This document shows positions 12,221 to 26,810 of a stretch of DNA of 64,000 nucleotides, piece by piece (the stretch's first letter is position 1; each line of letters opens with the position of its first letter). Below the pieces are notes generated by a model. That model was given only the letters and a program-made list of their open reading frames with translations. It made no database searches and was not told the origin of the DNA. A program made the position numbers and the translations under genes. Source of the DNA: Eledone cirrhosa (taxonomy: Eukaryota). The stretch lies in the NCBI GenBank assembly GCA_964016885.1, contig OZ024761.1, forward strand, positions 30,070,001-30,134,000, read 5' to 3'.

Positions 12221-12770
12221 ATAATTGTTTCTAATTTTGGCACAAGGCCAGTACATTACTGGTACTTTATTTTATCGACCCCCTCCCCCCTCCCATAAGG
12301 ATGAAAGACAAAGTTAACCTCGGCGGGATTTGAATATATAATGTGTGTGTGTGTGTAATAACACCTCCACTCACAAGTGTATGGAACTTTAGAAAGCTGG
12401 TGTCTCCTACATCCTACACTTTCTCGTCATTGTGTTTAGATATTAAATACTAATGTACTTGGCGAATGATTTTTGTGTTCGCTTCTGTATACGTATCTGG
12501 TTCGTGGGTGTTCGTTTTCTAGTTTCTGAGTTCAAGGCGAGCACACACCCACACAGAACACTCCTATATATAATACATATATAATTGTTTCTACTTTTGG
12601 CACAAGGCCAGCAATTAGCCAGTGCATTACTGGTACTTTATTTTATCGACCCGACCCCCGTAAGGATGAAAGACAAAAGTTAACCTCGGCGGGATTTGAA
12701 CTCTGACCATAAAGGACCGTAACTCTTTGCTGCAAAGCATGGTGTCAGACCCTCTACCGATACTGCCAAT
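12221..12770 (-). mobile_element. Two copies (12221-12334 partial, 12581-12770) of abundant tRNA-derived SINE family 1
   Basis: Reverse complement has A-box-like tggcagtatcgg, B-box gagttcaaatccc, body gcctttcatccttacggggtcgataaaataaagtaccag and an AT-rich tail. Confidence 0.85.
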
Positions 12771-13439
12771 ATAATGTGTGGAAGTGGTCGGCGTATATAT
12801 ATATATATATATATAGATTTATATATACACCATGTATAGGTATATTTATTATATATAAAAATAAAATAAGAATTTTATGCAGACTTACTTATATAAAATA
12901 TATATATATATATATATATGTAGGCCTCTTGGCCAGGATGGACATCTGGAAAGTCCCCCTCCGAGGCACAAGCTCATGCATACCGGTCTCCGCTCCTAGT
13001 CAACGATGTTGTCCCACGGAAGGGCAATGGCACCAACTCATTTCTAAAGCTGAGTGAACTGGAGCAACGTGAAATAAAGGATCTTGCTCAAGAACTCTCA
13101 ACCTTCTATTCAAAGCTGAGGCTTTCAAAATATTTATTAGGCATACTGTATACCTTGAAAGATACGAAATTCACACATATTTGTATACAGCTATGTCGAA
13201 GGTAAATTTTAATATCTTGGGTCATCAAGTATGAAATTTGTAGAAATTTCTACAAATTTTATACTTGACGACCCCTATATATATATGGTGGCTGCCAACT
13301 CGTTTTCCAGTACGGCCACTACTTTATATCCATGTAGGAGATCCCCTATCGATGTGTTGAACAACTGTGACTTTTTAGTCCAGCCAGCGACTTGAAAACT
13401 CTGGTACAAACACTACACTTGTGACAATTATTGACACAT

Positions 13440-13835
13440 AGTGCTGGGCCCATGGTACCATGTGACGTCAAGTGCAGAGAGGTCTCCAGATATAAAGCAA
13501 TGCCTGTGCGGTGAAGCTTTTATAGTGAGCAAAGGCACTGCACAAAGCCAGTCCCACTCTTTAAACCAAGATGATATTTACCAAAAAGAAGAACAAGTCA
13601 ACATCATTGGATACCATCAGGGTTGCAGGTGTTATATCAGAGTTTTCCTTCTCCAAGAATTCTGTCTTGACAAAGGCTAAGGGGTCATCTCTCCCGGTGA
13701 TTTTGGATGGCTATTGACTCTTAAGAGCTCCTTTGCCCTTTGACAGGTTTTGTTTTTAGTCCTGCAGGATGTCCAAAGTCACCCTCCTCACCAAGAAACC
13801 TTGGTGGGGTTGCCAGATTAGTCGCCAACGATCCG
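13440..13835. repeat. Dispersed repeat; diverged inverted copy at ~31145-31640 (possibly a LINE 5' region)
   Basis: cctgcaggatgtccaaagtcacc...caccaag..cttggtggggttgcc matches the reverse complement of 31154-31215. Confidence 0.55.
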
Positions 13836-14453
13836 ACCATTATATATATATATATATATATTTATTAAAATAACAGATTAAAGTTTAAGCAAAGAATTGG
13901 ATTTTAGTCTTCAAATTTATTATTACTATATATATATATATATATATATAAAGAGAGAGAGTGGTGTTTTAAGAGACTAACATCAAATACCAGCCTGAAG
14001 CATATCAATGAATCGAAACAACAGAGACAGCTTTATTTTATCTTTGTTTTCCTAGCTGTCCGATGAGGTCAACTGTTGCATGATGGGTAATATCTCGCTA
14101 CCCCTCTCCCTCTCTATAAATATATATAATAAGAGGATTCCTGATATATATTGGGAGGTGACCACAGTTAAAAAAAAGGTACTCGATACGTTGGTAGAGT
14201 GTTGGCATCTTTATTCTTTTTATTATATTAGAGAAATGACTTCTACAGGACTAGAACTGTTCCATTCGTAATAAATCATCAGGTAAGACATTTTTATAAT
14301 ATAATAAAGACATATAATATATATAGTAATAATAAACGTGACGACTAAGGATTATATATATATATATATATAGTTTCAGGAGGTCCCGTAAAAGGGTGAA
14401 AGCAGCGATTATTTGCTTAAACTTTAATATGTATATATAACAAATATACATAT

Positions 14454-14545
14454 ACAGTGCCCCCCCCCCCCCCCAAAAAAAAATGTGTACTCACTTCAAC
14501 AACATTCTAATATATATGTGTATACAAATTTGGGGGACACCCTAT
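14454..14545. mobile_element. Very short Tc1/mariner-like MITE remnant
   Basis: tacagtgcccc..aaaa..tgtgtac versus gtatacaaatttgggggacaccc: imperfect TIRs in TA context. Confidence 0.4.
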
Positions 14546-15193
14546 TTATATATATATATATATTGTAACGACATATACAATGCACCGTTTGTTCCGGAGA
14601 TTGAACACACGACCTCAATATTGTGAGCCAAGCAGTCGTACCACTACGCCACCCACCTTTACTGTATTATACTTATTACACATAACAAATACCTATTGCA
14701 AGGCGTTTCTAATATTAACTCATTAATTTTAATGCCTAATTCTTTTATCAGCGAAGGCTTCATCTCCGTTATTATTCACCGGAAGCACGTGACCTGGGCA
14801 GAGCCTATCTATCTCTGGGTTATTGTCTACAAACAGGAAATTGCATTCACGTACACACACACGCATATAATATGCATGTATGGATGTGTGGATATATTTC
14901 TGTATCTATACATATATATTTTCACACACACACATATAAGAACAGTCCTTTAAGTTCTGAGTTCAAATCCCACCGGTGTTATAGCTTTGCCTTTTATCGT
15001 TACGGGATTAATAAAATAAAGTACCAGTAACGCACTGAGGTTGATTTATTTGTCATTCCCTCCCTTACTGGCCGTGTGCTAAAAGGAGAAACAATCACAC
15101 ATATATATATATATATACATGTTTGTATAAGTGTGTATATAATATATACAATATGTATACAATATATATAGTTATGTAATAAACAACATAAGG

Positions 15194-15246
15194 CAGTGGT
15201 TTCTTGAAAGCAAACAAATTTTGCTTTCAATCATCAGAATGAAAAA
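15194..15246 (-). ncRNA. Hammerhead family C remnant (core and stem II intact, cleavage side deleted)
   Basis: Minus: ttcatt CTGATGA ttgaaagcaaa atttg tttgctttcaa GAAAC cactg, then deletion. Confidence 0.6.
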
Positions 15247-15572
15247 ATGCTGGTGTATTTATTGACATTGGATTTTAAAAACAAAAATATATTCTATATG
15301 AAAGTGAGGCTGGAAAAGGAAGAAGGAAACTAAAAATAAACACACATGCACACACACACACACAATTACATACACACACATATATACATACACATATATA
15401 TATATACATACATATACACACATATATATATATATTATTAGAAATGTAAGCCATCGCCGCACCTGGACTAAAGAAATTATTTAGCCTGACGGTGGGGTTA
15501 AGAACCCTCGGAGAAATGGAAAAAGATGAACACCGACGGACATGGGAGTCGAACCCACATTCTATATATATA

Positions 15573-15620
<48 letters not shown>

Positions 15621-16111
15621 GTATACAAATATATTATATGTATTTATTTTATATACATATATAAATATATTATATATGTATATAAAATAAATACATATAA
15701 TATATTTGTATATATATATATATATATATATATTTATCGCATATATATATATATATATATAATAGGAGTAAGGTCTTACTTACTCCTATTACCCACTCTA
15801 CTACCCTAAGTATTGAGTACTTTGGTGCGTTATGGTCCACCTGGTTCCTTACCACTTTTCCCTCGCTATATATAAATATATATATATATTGTGTAATTAC
15901 GCATTGGTGACATTTATGGAAGGAAAATCTCACATTATGTCGTCTATAAAGTAGAAGCTATTTATATACTATATATATATATATATATATATATAGGATA
16001 ATACTGTTTATATATATTATGAGAGATTATGTTCAGCCCTACAGCTGTTGGTTGATAGGAGGTCCTCTGTGTAGTTGTTGCAATGTCTATATATGTAGAC
16101 ACGCAAATATA

Positions 16112-16162
<51 letters not shown>

Positions 16163-16255
16163 GTATATATGTATATATATGTATATATATATATATGTAT
16201 ATATGTATATATATGTATATATATATATATGTATATGTATATATGTATATATATG

Positions 16256-16396
<141 letters not shown>

Positions 16397-16952
16397 TTAT
16401 GTATATATATATTTATGTATATATATATATTTATGTATATATATTTATGTATATATATTTATGTATATATATATATATATATATATATTTATGTATATAT
16501 ATATATTTATGTATATATACATATATATTTATGTATATATACATATATATTTATGTATATATACATATATATTTATGTATATATATATATATATTTATGT
16601 ATATATACATATATATTTATGTATATATATATTTATGTATATATACATATATGTTTATGTATATATACATATATATTTATGTATATATATACATGTATGA
16701 GTGTATGTGTATATACATGTATGTGTGTGTGTGTATGCGGCCTTGTTATGTGTCGGTGAGATGAGAGTTGATCCACCAATCCATTTTGATATCCCCCCCC
16801 TACACACAGATATACACACACACAAACACAGATATATACACACATATAAACACTCGCACAAGTCCACACACCCACAGTAGAGTCCTTCAACAGTGGACAG
16901 CTGCATGAGAAGGTCAAGCTATTATTAGTATTACTTCTGCTGGTATTGATGA

Positions 16953-16994
<42 letters not shown>

Positions 16995-17086
16995 CACTAC
17001 TACTATTACTATTACTACTACTACAACCAGCACTGCTGCTGCTACTACTACTATTACTACTACTACCATTGCTTCTGCTACTACTA

Positions 17087-17119
<33 letters not shown>

Positions 17120-17234
17120 TCCACATTGTCGTCATTTACATTGTCATTGTCAAACCATATTTTTTCAAGAACATATTCTTACAAATATATATAGAAGCGC
17201 GCACATTCAAACACATTCAAACTCGGACAAACAT

Positions 17235-17297
<63 letters not shown>

Positions 17298-17394
17298 TAT
17301 ATATATATGTATACAAACACACACACACACACCTATATATATATGTATACACACACAAATACGATACAATTGACACCTAACGAAATAACACAAC

Positions 17395-18580
17395 TCATAC
17401 GCCATATAATCTACACCACTCCACACACAACACTACGCCACACCACCTCTCCACAGACCATACTGCACCCCCCCACCCATCCACAGACCATACTGTACCA
17501 CCCCACCCATACACAGACCATACTGCACCACCCCACCACTCCACAGACCATACTGCACCACCCCACCACTCCACAGACCATACTGCACCACAGCTCACCA
17601 CACCACCGCACTACACTACACCACCCCTCCATAGACCATACTGCACCACATCTCACCACGACACTACACCACTTCACGACCACTTCACACACTGCACCAC
17701 CACTCCACACACCACACTACACAGCACCACACCACTAGACCACTTCACACTCCACACACTACACTTCCCGACACACCACACTACACAGCACCACACTATG
17801 CCACCACACCACACCACTAGACCACACAACCACATCACCTCCCGACCACTTCCCACACCACACCATACACTACACATCACTACATTATGCCACCACTAGA
17901 CCACACAACCACATCACCTCCTGACCACTTCCTACACCACACACTACACTACACTACACATCACCGCATTATGCCACCACACCACACCACTAGACCACAC
18001 AACCACATCACCTCCCGACCACTTCCCACACCACACACTACACTACACTACACATCACCACATTATGCCACCACATCACACCACACCACTAGACCACACA
18101 ACCACATCACCTCCCGACCACTTCCCACACCACACACTACACTACACTACACTACACATCACCACATTATGCCACCACACCACACCACACCACTAGACCA
18201 CACAACCACATCACCTCCCGACCACTTCCCACACACTACACTACACATCACCACATTATGCCACCACACCACACCACACCACACCACTAGACCACACAAC
18301 CACATCACCTCCCGACCACTTCCCACACCACACACTACACTACACTACACTACACATCACCACATTATGCCACCACACCACACCACACAACCACATCACC
18401 TCCCGACCAATTCCCACACCATACACTACACTACACTACACTACACATCACCACATTATGCCATCACACCACGCCACACCACACCACTAGACCACACAAC
18501 CACATCACCTCCCGACCACTTTCCACACCACACACTACACTACACTACACATCACCACATTATACCACCACTAGACCACA
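17395..18580. repeat. CA-rich complex minisatellite
   Basis: 30-bp ccacagaccatactgcacc units, then ~90-110-bp units containing ccactagaccacacaaccacatcacctcccgaccacttcc. Confidence 0.9.
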
Positions 18581-18581
18581 C

Positions 18582-18722
<141 letters not shown>

Positions 18723-18950
18723 AAACGATGTATTTCGGCGGGATTGGTAGATGCAGGGCTGATAGTGGTGCTAGTAGTGACGTTGGCGTGTGTGCGTGTG
18801 CGTGAGAATATAGAAAGTATATAGAGAATCTCTCAACGTATCTTTCTGGAAATATAGAGAAATCTATATTTCCAGAGAAATACGTTGTGGTCAAGTTCTG
18901 TGAAGTTGGTCGTGTGTGGGTGGAACGGGGACGAACAACTGCTTGAATGA

Positions 18951-19772
18951 TAATTGTTTCTACTTTTGGCACAAGACCAGCAATTATCCCAGTGTATTAC
19001 TGGTACTTTATTTTATCGACCTCGTAAGGATGAAAGGCAAAGTTAACCTCGGCGGGATTTGAACTCAGAATGGCAAGGGCCATAACTCTATACGTCAAAG
19101 CATGGCGTCCGGCTCTCTACCGATACCGCCAATCCAACTGCTTGAATAATAATAATTTCTTATAATAGGCACAAGGCCATCAATTTTGGGAGGAGGGGAA
19201 AGTCGATTAAATCGACACCAGTGCATTACTGGTGCTTTATTTTATCGACCCCCATAAGGATGAAAGGCAAAGTTAACCTCAGCGTGATTTGAACTCCGAC
19301 CATAAAGGGCCATAACTCTATGATGCAAAGCATGGTGTCTGACGCTCTACCGAGATACTGGCAATCCACAACCTTTAATAATGATTTCTTATTTAATAAT
19401 TGTTTCTACTTTAGGCACAAGGCCAGCAATTACCCAGTGCATTACTGGTACTTTATTTTATCGACTCCGCAAGGATGAAAGGCAAAGTCAACCTCGGCGG
19501 GATTTGAACTCAGATCGTAAAGGGACGTAACTATGCTGGAAAGCATGGCGTCCGACCCTCTACCGATACTGCCAATCAACCGATTTCTTAAAGGTTAACT
19601 TTGCCTTTCATCCTTACGGAGTCGATAAAATAAACAATTATTATGATTGGCATTATTGGTAGAGGGTCAGAAGCCATGCTTTGCAGCATAAAGTTACGGC
19701 CCTTTACGGTCTAAGTTCAAATCCCACCGAGGTTAACTTTGCCTTTCATCCTTACGGGGTCGATAAAATAAA
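18951..19772. mobile_element. Cluster of SINE family 1: three tandem minus copies (18951-19137, 19153-19368, 19397-19578) plus inverted plus-strand pieces (19591-19632, 19646-19772)
   Basis: Repeated aattgtttctactt...ggatttgaactc...ctctaccgatactgccaatc and its reverse complement. Confidence 0.88.
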
Positions 19773-20102
19773 GCATAAAGTATAAACACACACACACGCG
19801 CAACCACATACATGCGAGTGATATATACAGGGAAGGGAGTGTATCAGTCAAAGCAGTGTCAGGCTGAAGGTCGATACATATATAAAAATGAAAAAATGAA
19901 AACATATATGAGAATAAAAAAATTAAATCAAAGAGAAAGTAAGAGGGAGGGGTTATCAATTATAAAGTAACACTAGAAAAAATAGAAAACATACATAGGT
20001 TCGTACGTACACATATATATATAAATATATATATAAATACGTACAGACAAAAGCACATACATGCGTACAAACATACAAAGGCGTGCATACATACACACGA
20101 AG

Positions 20103-20138
<36 letters not shown>

Positions 20139-20201
20139 CGTACATGTAAATCTAATCACACGCACGCACGCGACTATATATATATATATACACATATACA
20201 T

Positions 20202-20250
<49 letters not shown>

Positions 20251-20665
20251 CGTATACATATACACACACATATATATAAGTATGTAAAAAACATAGATAT
20301 AAAAACACACATATACACACACGCGCACATACGAATGCATTCGTATACATATACAAACACGCATACACACACACGCATAGATACAATATAAAAACCACCC
20401 GTATGAATAAATGAGTACAAATTATACGCAAGTAAACATACATAAAAGCGGCTGAGAGAAACAGAATATATCTGGAGTTGAAAACGCAAGTGACATGTGA
20501 TATCAGGTAGTGAAGGAAAATGGGGAAGTAAAATGTGTAAAATTGTGAAGATATAAAGTAAGTGAATCAAAAAGCAGGGGGGGGGGGGGGGTCACTGGTG
20601 GATGTGAAGTGAAAATAAAGTTAAAAATAAAAGTAAATCAGAAAGAGAAGTCTGTAAAGAGGGTA

Positions 20666-22855
20666 ATTTAAGGAAAGTGAAGAACAAGAGTTTATGGTGG
20701 ATAAGTATCTGAAAGTGAGTTAAGTTTATATAAGCTGGAAGGCAAGTGTGATTTCATGTGTGGGCAACTGGTGAAAATTTCTGTTTTTGCATTTAGGCAG
20801 GTTTTTGGTGATTTAAGGTTCTGTAAAATCCAATATTTTTCACTTATGCAGAGTGCGCATCTTCTTGTTCCTCTTGCATATTCTTTAGATTGGTTCAAAA
20901 TTGACCAATCTAATTTATATTGGATACCTTGGTCTTTCAAATCCCATATTCTGCTAGCCAGAGCTGTTGTAAATCTTTTTTCAGGATGTCAGAAAGATGC
21001 GACATGTGAGTAATAACGCGTTTTGAATTTGTCTTGTGTCATACCCACATATCGTTCGCTGGTGGCTGATAGGTTGTTGCTGGTGGTTGTCACTTTAGCC
21101 ACATATACAATGGCTTTGGTGTTGCATTTACTTTGTAATGGGCATTCACTTTTGACTCTACAGGAGCAATTTTGATGTTCTCTGGGTATTTTCTTATTGA
21201 GGATATAAGATTTAATAGGGGGACCGCAGGAGTAGCTGATTTTGACACAGTTTCTATTAAAGATCTTATAGTATCTATGTGTTCTAGGGAAATGTTTATC
21301 TAAGAGCTCTAGGAATTTTGTGCCTACATTAGTTTTAACTGCTAAAGAGTAGGAGGCGGGTTTATTTTTATTTTCCTATTATTATGTTTAAAGGAGTTAG
21401 TATTGTTGGGTATGTACTTAATCGGTTCGCTAAATCCGCTATTTTGAAGGGCTTTATTATAGTAGGGGGATGCCTTATTGAAAATAGCTTCTGAGGAAGA
21501 GAGGGTGGAGATCCTACGGCTAATATTAGGGATAAGATTTTTAAAAACTATAGGAGGATGGAAAGAGCCTTTATTTATATATTTTAAATTTTCATTAGGT
21601 TTATAAGAAGAAGTAGGCAGATCTAGGTTTATATCTAGAAAATTAACATTGGAAAGGTTAGTGTCAATGGTAATTTTAAGATTAAAACTAGCGAAGGTTT
21701 TTATTAAGTCTTTCCTTAATCTATCTAAGTTATGGCCTATAGTGGTATGGGAAAGTATTAGACCATCGTCGCGATAAAGCCCAAAGGTATGGTTAGGGAA
21801 TTTCTCTTTAAGTGTGTGTAGGAGGAATAGGCTAACTAAATCACACACGTCAGCACTGTCAAAAGAACCCATTGAGACATCGAATGGGTTCTCTGGGTTA
21901 GATATTTTTACCCAAGTGTCATTATTAGTAAATAGTAAAGTGTTTCTAGCATGCAAAATGACATTCTCTTCAATATCAGAAATATTGATAAACTTTCTAG
22001 CGAAATTTAAGGCTTTCGTTAAAAGAGGGTGAATAATAGACGGGTAGAAGTCTACAATGTCAAATTGGGTGAATCTAGAACTATTTTTATCTTTAATATT
22101 ATTAAACCAATGTACTACAGAAGAGCTATTTATCCATTGGAGTAATTCAGACTTACTTCTAATATGTTTGTTCATATTATTTAATATTTTGTTGCTAGCA
22201 AGACCGATTTCTATCTTAGCAGGGTTGATTAATCTACAACTAGGACGATTAATAAAATCAGGTTTGTGATCTTTGAGGGTGATACAGGCATTACGTTTAG
22301 CAAGTTTTTCTGTTCTATTGTCTATTTAAAAAAAACTAGTTAATTCTTTAGCTTCCTTATTTAGAGTATTATAGGTGTTTATATTAGCTATTTGGTATTT
22401 AGAGGTGATGTTATCTGTTAAGAGTTGGTCATGTAAGTTATTATTAACTTCGTATAAGTTTTTAGTTTTGTCAGAGAAAATGAACTTATTTTTAGAAGAT
22501 TTGAATATTGAAATATCGCTAGATAGTTTAGATTGAAAAGGGTTAGAGTACTTACGGAATTTGATTTGGTTGATTAAATTAACTAAGTCTTGTTCAAAAG
22601 CGGTCATATCTTTTACTCTTTGCGGGTATTTATGAGACTTGATATCAAAATATTCTGTAGAATCCGTGTTAAAGTGTCCATCAAAATCAAAGCTTTCCAT
22701 CTCATTCTTTCACCAAAAACCTGCCTAAATGCAAAAACAGAAATTTTCACCAGTTGCCCACACATGAAATCACACTTGCTTTCCAGCTCATATAAACTTA
22801 ACTCACTTTCAGATACTTATCCTCCATAAACTCTTGTTCTTCACTTTCCTTAAAT
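20666..22855 (-). mobile_element. Decayed Penelope-like retroelement (RT + C-terminal GIY-YIG endonuclease) with inverted copy of its 3' end
   Basis: Minus ORF remnants 22700->20692: ITLKDHKPDF..RLINP, FDIVDFYPSI, MGSFDSADVCDL, GLYRDDGL; linker CSCRVKSEC; AIVYVAKV...YVGMTQDKFKTRYYSH; stops at 22326-22328 and 20989-20991, frameshift near 21350; 22710-22855 is the reverse complement of 20666-20811. Confidence 0.92.
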
Positions 22856-22962
22856 GAGATAATTATATTGTATTGTTTATTATACATTCAATTTAGCTCT
22901 GGTACTTACATAGAGCACTCTTCACTCCTATGACTTTTTCAATTTCAACGGAAACTTCAATA

Positions 22963-23013
<51 letters not shown>

Positions 23014-23727
23014 ATAATAATAAATGTGGAGACTAAAATCCGAAGAGGGCTCGATAAGGATAATATATATATCAAAATATATAAAACCATAGAGTTTTAA
23101 TCTTTATTTGTTTAATCTGTTATTTTAATAAATAAATACACCCCCCCCCCCACACACACATGCATGCATATATGTGGTATGTCGTAATATATCACAAACA
23201 GTTATCTAGAAAAGCTTGAGGTATCGCGGAATATATTGCGCCAATTTTCTAGAAAATATTCACTTATGGCTGCACATATCGCCAACAATTGTCTAGAAAA
23301 GGTTCAGGCATGGCGGTATATATCGCAAACAGTTACCTAAAAAAGGTTCGGCTATTTCGTAATATATTGGCCACACTTATCTAGAAATTATTTGTTGGCT
23401 GTGATAGGTTTTGTGAAATGAGTCTAAAGCCTCTTGCAATGGGAATTTATTGCGGTTTCTCCAATCGTGTATTTATATCAGATGGCTATTTATCGAATTT
23501 TAAAGTATTCAGTCCAAGCATTTTGTCTCGAATGGTCATGAATTTGTTGATCCATGGAAGACGTTGGCGCCGCCACAGCGAAAAATAGGTATTTGCCCTA
23601 TACCTGCGCTCTGCCCCCAGCTTTGCAAGTTGCCTTCTCCATTATATTTATTGTCACTTATCCTTTCTAACACCTTTCTCCTTGTATCTATGTACTTGTT
23701 TTACAAAGTTGAAAATTAAGGTCCACC

Positions 23728-23766
<39 letters not shown>

Positions 23767-24089
23767 GGAAATCAGTAAAATCGAATCTCTGGCGGTTTGC
23801 AAGTAAATTCGGCCTACTTATATGAAGTGATGAGTTAGCAAAGCACTCGATAAGATAGGTCTCAGAGTTATAACATACGTTTAAATAGCTTGACAAATCG
23901 AACATTGTGGTAGGCTAAACTAACACACAATATGTACCAAAGTAACGGTAAAACTAATCAGTTGAGAAAAATAGACCTGGACAAATCAAACGGGCGTTTG
24001 AAATGTTTCTCTGACTCCGAAATCAAATATCAGACTTACTTGAATGGCAAGGTCATGGTATTGGTGACTGAACAGATGACTCAGTTTAT

Positions 24090-24179
<90 letters not shown>

Positions 24180-24204
24180 TGTAATAAACAACATAAGATA
24201 ATTA

Positions 24205-24267
24205 TTTCATTTACCAGTGGTTTCTTGAAGACAGATACTTATGTCTGTCTTCATTCATCAGAAGAAA
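24205..24267 (-). ncRNA. Type I hammerhead ribozyme, family C variant
   Basis: Minus: tttctt CTGATGA a tgaagacaga cataagta tctgtcttca a GAAAC c act g GTA aatgaaa. Confidence 0.75.
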
Positions 24268-24659
24268 TATTTATTGAATAGTAATATGGATTTGAAATCA
24301 GAGTTTAGGATAAATGAAAGTGAGATAACTAAAAATCTCTGTAGCCTACATAGAGCACTCTCTTTTCCTTTACCTTTTCTACGGAAATACTTCATTTATA
24401 TATATATATATATATATGAAATGTAAGAATCAAAGAACTGTTCAAAACATTAATGTTATAATGTTTTGAACAGTTCTTTGATTCTTACATTTCATATAAC
24501 TGCTCTGTAATTCATCTGATGTTTTTACATTGAGCTACTTAACTTACTGGTAATAAGCTAGTAATACTTTACTGCCTACCACTATTTAGGGCTTGTATAA
24601 AAAATACATATAACTGCTAAAGGTTTTTGTATTTTCATAACCATAAATAGTACAATTAA

Positions 24660-24747
<88 letters not shown>

Positions 24748-24749
<2 letters not shown>

Positions 24750-25501
24750 GGGTGGCCCTTAGCAATAGGTAATTTTCCGAAAGTTAAAATGTTGATGTTC
24801 CCACCTAATTTCTGTTCCAATCAACAACAAAACGGGGTGTGCAAATTTTCAGCTCAATCGGACAACTGTTAGGCGACCCTCAAACGCCTTGAAGTTGGAA
24901 CATAGTATACGCAACAGTTAATTCTGTTCAAAAGCGGTATACTGTTCCCTATCTCGACCAATTTCTTTTTTCTTCTCAGAGAAATTTATGTGGACACATC
25001 TAGGTAATCCCAGCAAATGTATTTATATACATTGTATATATATAACCACATACTGATATATGTATATATGCTCCTCTCCTCCTCATCATCCAACTCCTCC
25101 CCCTTCTACTTCCTCCTCTACCCCCCCCCCCCCCCCCCCATCCTCCCCTTCCTCACCTTCCCGCCCTTCATCTCCTACCTCCTAGGTGTTTGCCCTAAAC
25201 CTACGCTCTGTCCCCAGCTTTGCAAGTTGCCTTCCCCATTATATTTATTGTTACTTATCCTTTTAATACAAAGAATAAGTCTGAACAAGTTTTAATTTAA
25301 GAGAAATTATATAAGAAATAAAAAAAATTTATCTGAAAAAATGACTTTCCGGGCGAAAACTTCAAAGTTTCACGGTCGATGAGGGTCACTTTTCAGTTGT
25401 CCGCTTGATCTAAAGTTTTGCATAGATTAATTTTCTGTTACTTGAAACAAGATAGGAGGGTGGGAGCTAAACGTTTAGGAAGTTGAAAATTAAGGGCCGC
25501 C

Positions 25502-25504
<3 letters not shown>
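24748..25504. mobile_element. Non-autonomous DNA transposon/MITE with long imperfect TIRs, in (TA)n; partial second copy at ~23590-23731
   Basis: Ends tagggtggccctta / taagggccgcccta; internal gcaaattttcagctcaatcggacaactg mirrored by cagttgtccgcttgatctaaagttttgc. Confidence 0.7.
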
Positions 25505-25545
<41 letters not shown>

Positions 25546-25712
25546 ATATATATATATGTGAAGTAATTCTGTCGGAAAAGTCCAGGAAAAAAAGAATGCT
25601 CTATGTAGGTTACAGAGCTTAATATTTATGTAATAAACAACATATGATAATTATTTTATTTACCAGTGGTTTCTTGAAAGCAAAAGAAATTTGCTTTCAG
25701 TCATTAGGATTT

Positions 25713-25773
25713 TTTCATTCTGATGACTGAAAGCAAATTTCTTTTGCTTTCAAGAAACCACTGGTAAATGAAA
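25713..25773 (+). ncRNA. Type I hammerhead ribozyme, family C
   Basis: tttcatt CTGATGA c tgaaagcaaa tttct tttgctttca a GAAAC c act g GTA aatgaaa: 7-bp stem I, 10-bp stem II, 3-bp stem III, GUA site. Confidence 0.85.
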
Positions 25774-25968
25774 TAATTATCTTATGTTGTTTATTACATA
25801 ACTATATATATATATATATATATATCTGAGCTTCCTTCCTGTCACTTTCACAATTTACACGCTTTCCTCTCGTTAAGCTACATCTGAAGAATCACTGATT
25901 GTTCCAACGGTAGAAACACTTGATTCTGAGTAGTAACGTTAGATAACATTTTCAAACAGAGTTATATA

Positions 25969-26600
25969 AACTAGCAGAAAAACCACCCTTCGGCTGGTTT
26001 TCTGCTAGCATGTGTAGTGTGTATATTGATATTATACGCAAGTATATATGCATGTAGATATGATACATCAAATAAAATCGTAATTGGCAATACACACAGA
26101 AATTGAACGAAAACTGTGTTACACTCTCTTATGTAATCAGTAACGTAATCCATGATACATTGAAAAAGACGATATAATATATCTGTTAGCATGTGTAGTG
26201 TGTATATTGATATTATACGCAAGTATATATACATGTAGATATGATCAAATAAAATCGTAATTGACAATATACACAGAAATTGAACGAAGACTGTGTTACA
26301 CTGCCTTATGTAATCATTAACGTAATCCATTATTTGCATTAGGAGAAAATTAGTGACAGAATATTAATATGTTTATTTAAACGATCGCTAACCGGAAGTG
26401 TTGACATTTGAAAATTTTAAAGAATTGAATCTTTAAATAAGTAATAAAATATATTTAATGAACAGCCACGAAATTTAGTGGATAAATTATGTAATATTCA
26501 TTCATTATTTATTCAAAGTAATCCAACTTATTTTACCAAGGGGACAAAAAATTATAAACCGTACGCAGTCCTGCGCTTCTTACTTTATTATAGTTTAGAT
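25969..26600 (+). mobile_element. Probable Helentron/HINE-like non-autonomous element
   Basis: Starts actagcagaaaacc..ggttttctgctag (terminal hairpin), has an internal ~180-bp tandem duplication, ends with gcgcttcttactttattatag. Confidence 0.4.
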
Positions 26601-26755
26601 TCTACAAGTAAGACAATACTCTTTTCTTCCCTTCGTTTGTCAAATCAAACGCGTATTTATCTAATTAAGAATATTTCGATGAGAAAAACTAAGTAGCTAC
26701 GGCTCTTCAAATGACTAAATGATAAAGTATTTACTTTTCTCCCTCCCCTCTCTCT

Positions 26756-26810
<55 letters not shown>

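Noticed and set aside
14375-14430. gtccc gtaaaa gggt gaaa upstream of a recurrent repeat (also 23030-23130, 27828-27915, 44270-44400)
   Set aside because: CUGANGA and the cleavage triplet cannot be identified, so it is not called a ribozyme
20989-20991. In-frame TGA in the GIY-YIG domain as possible selenocysteine
   Set aside because: The element has another stop and a frameshift; the site is simply explained by CGA/AGA->TGA decay, and no SECIS was recognised
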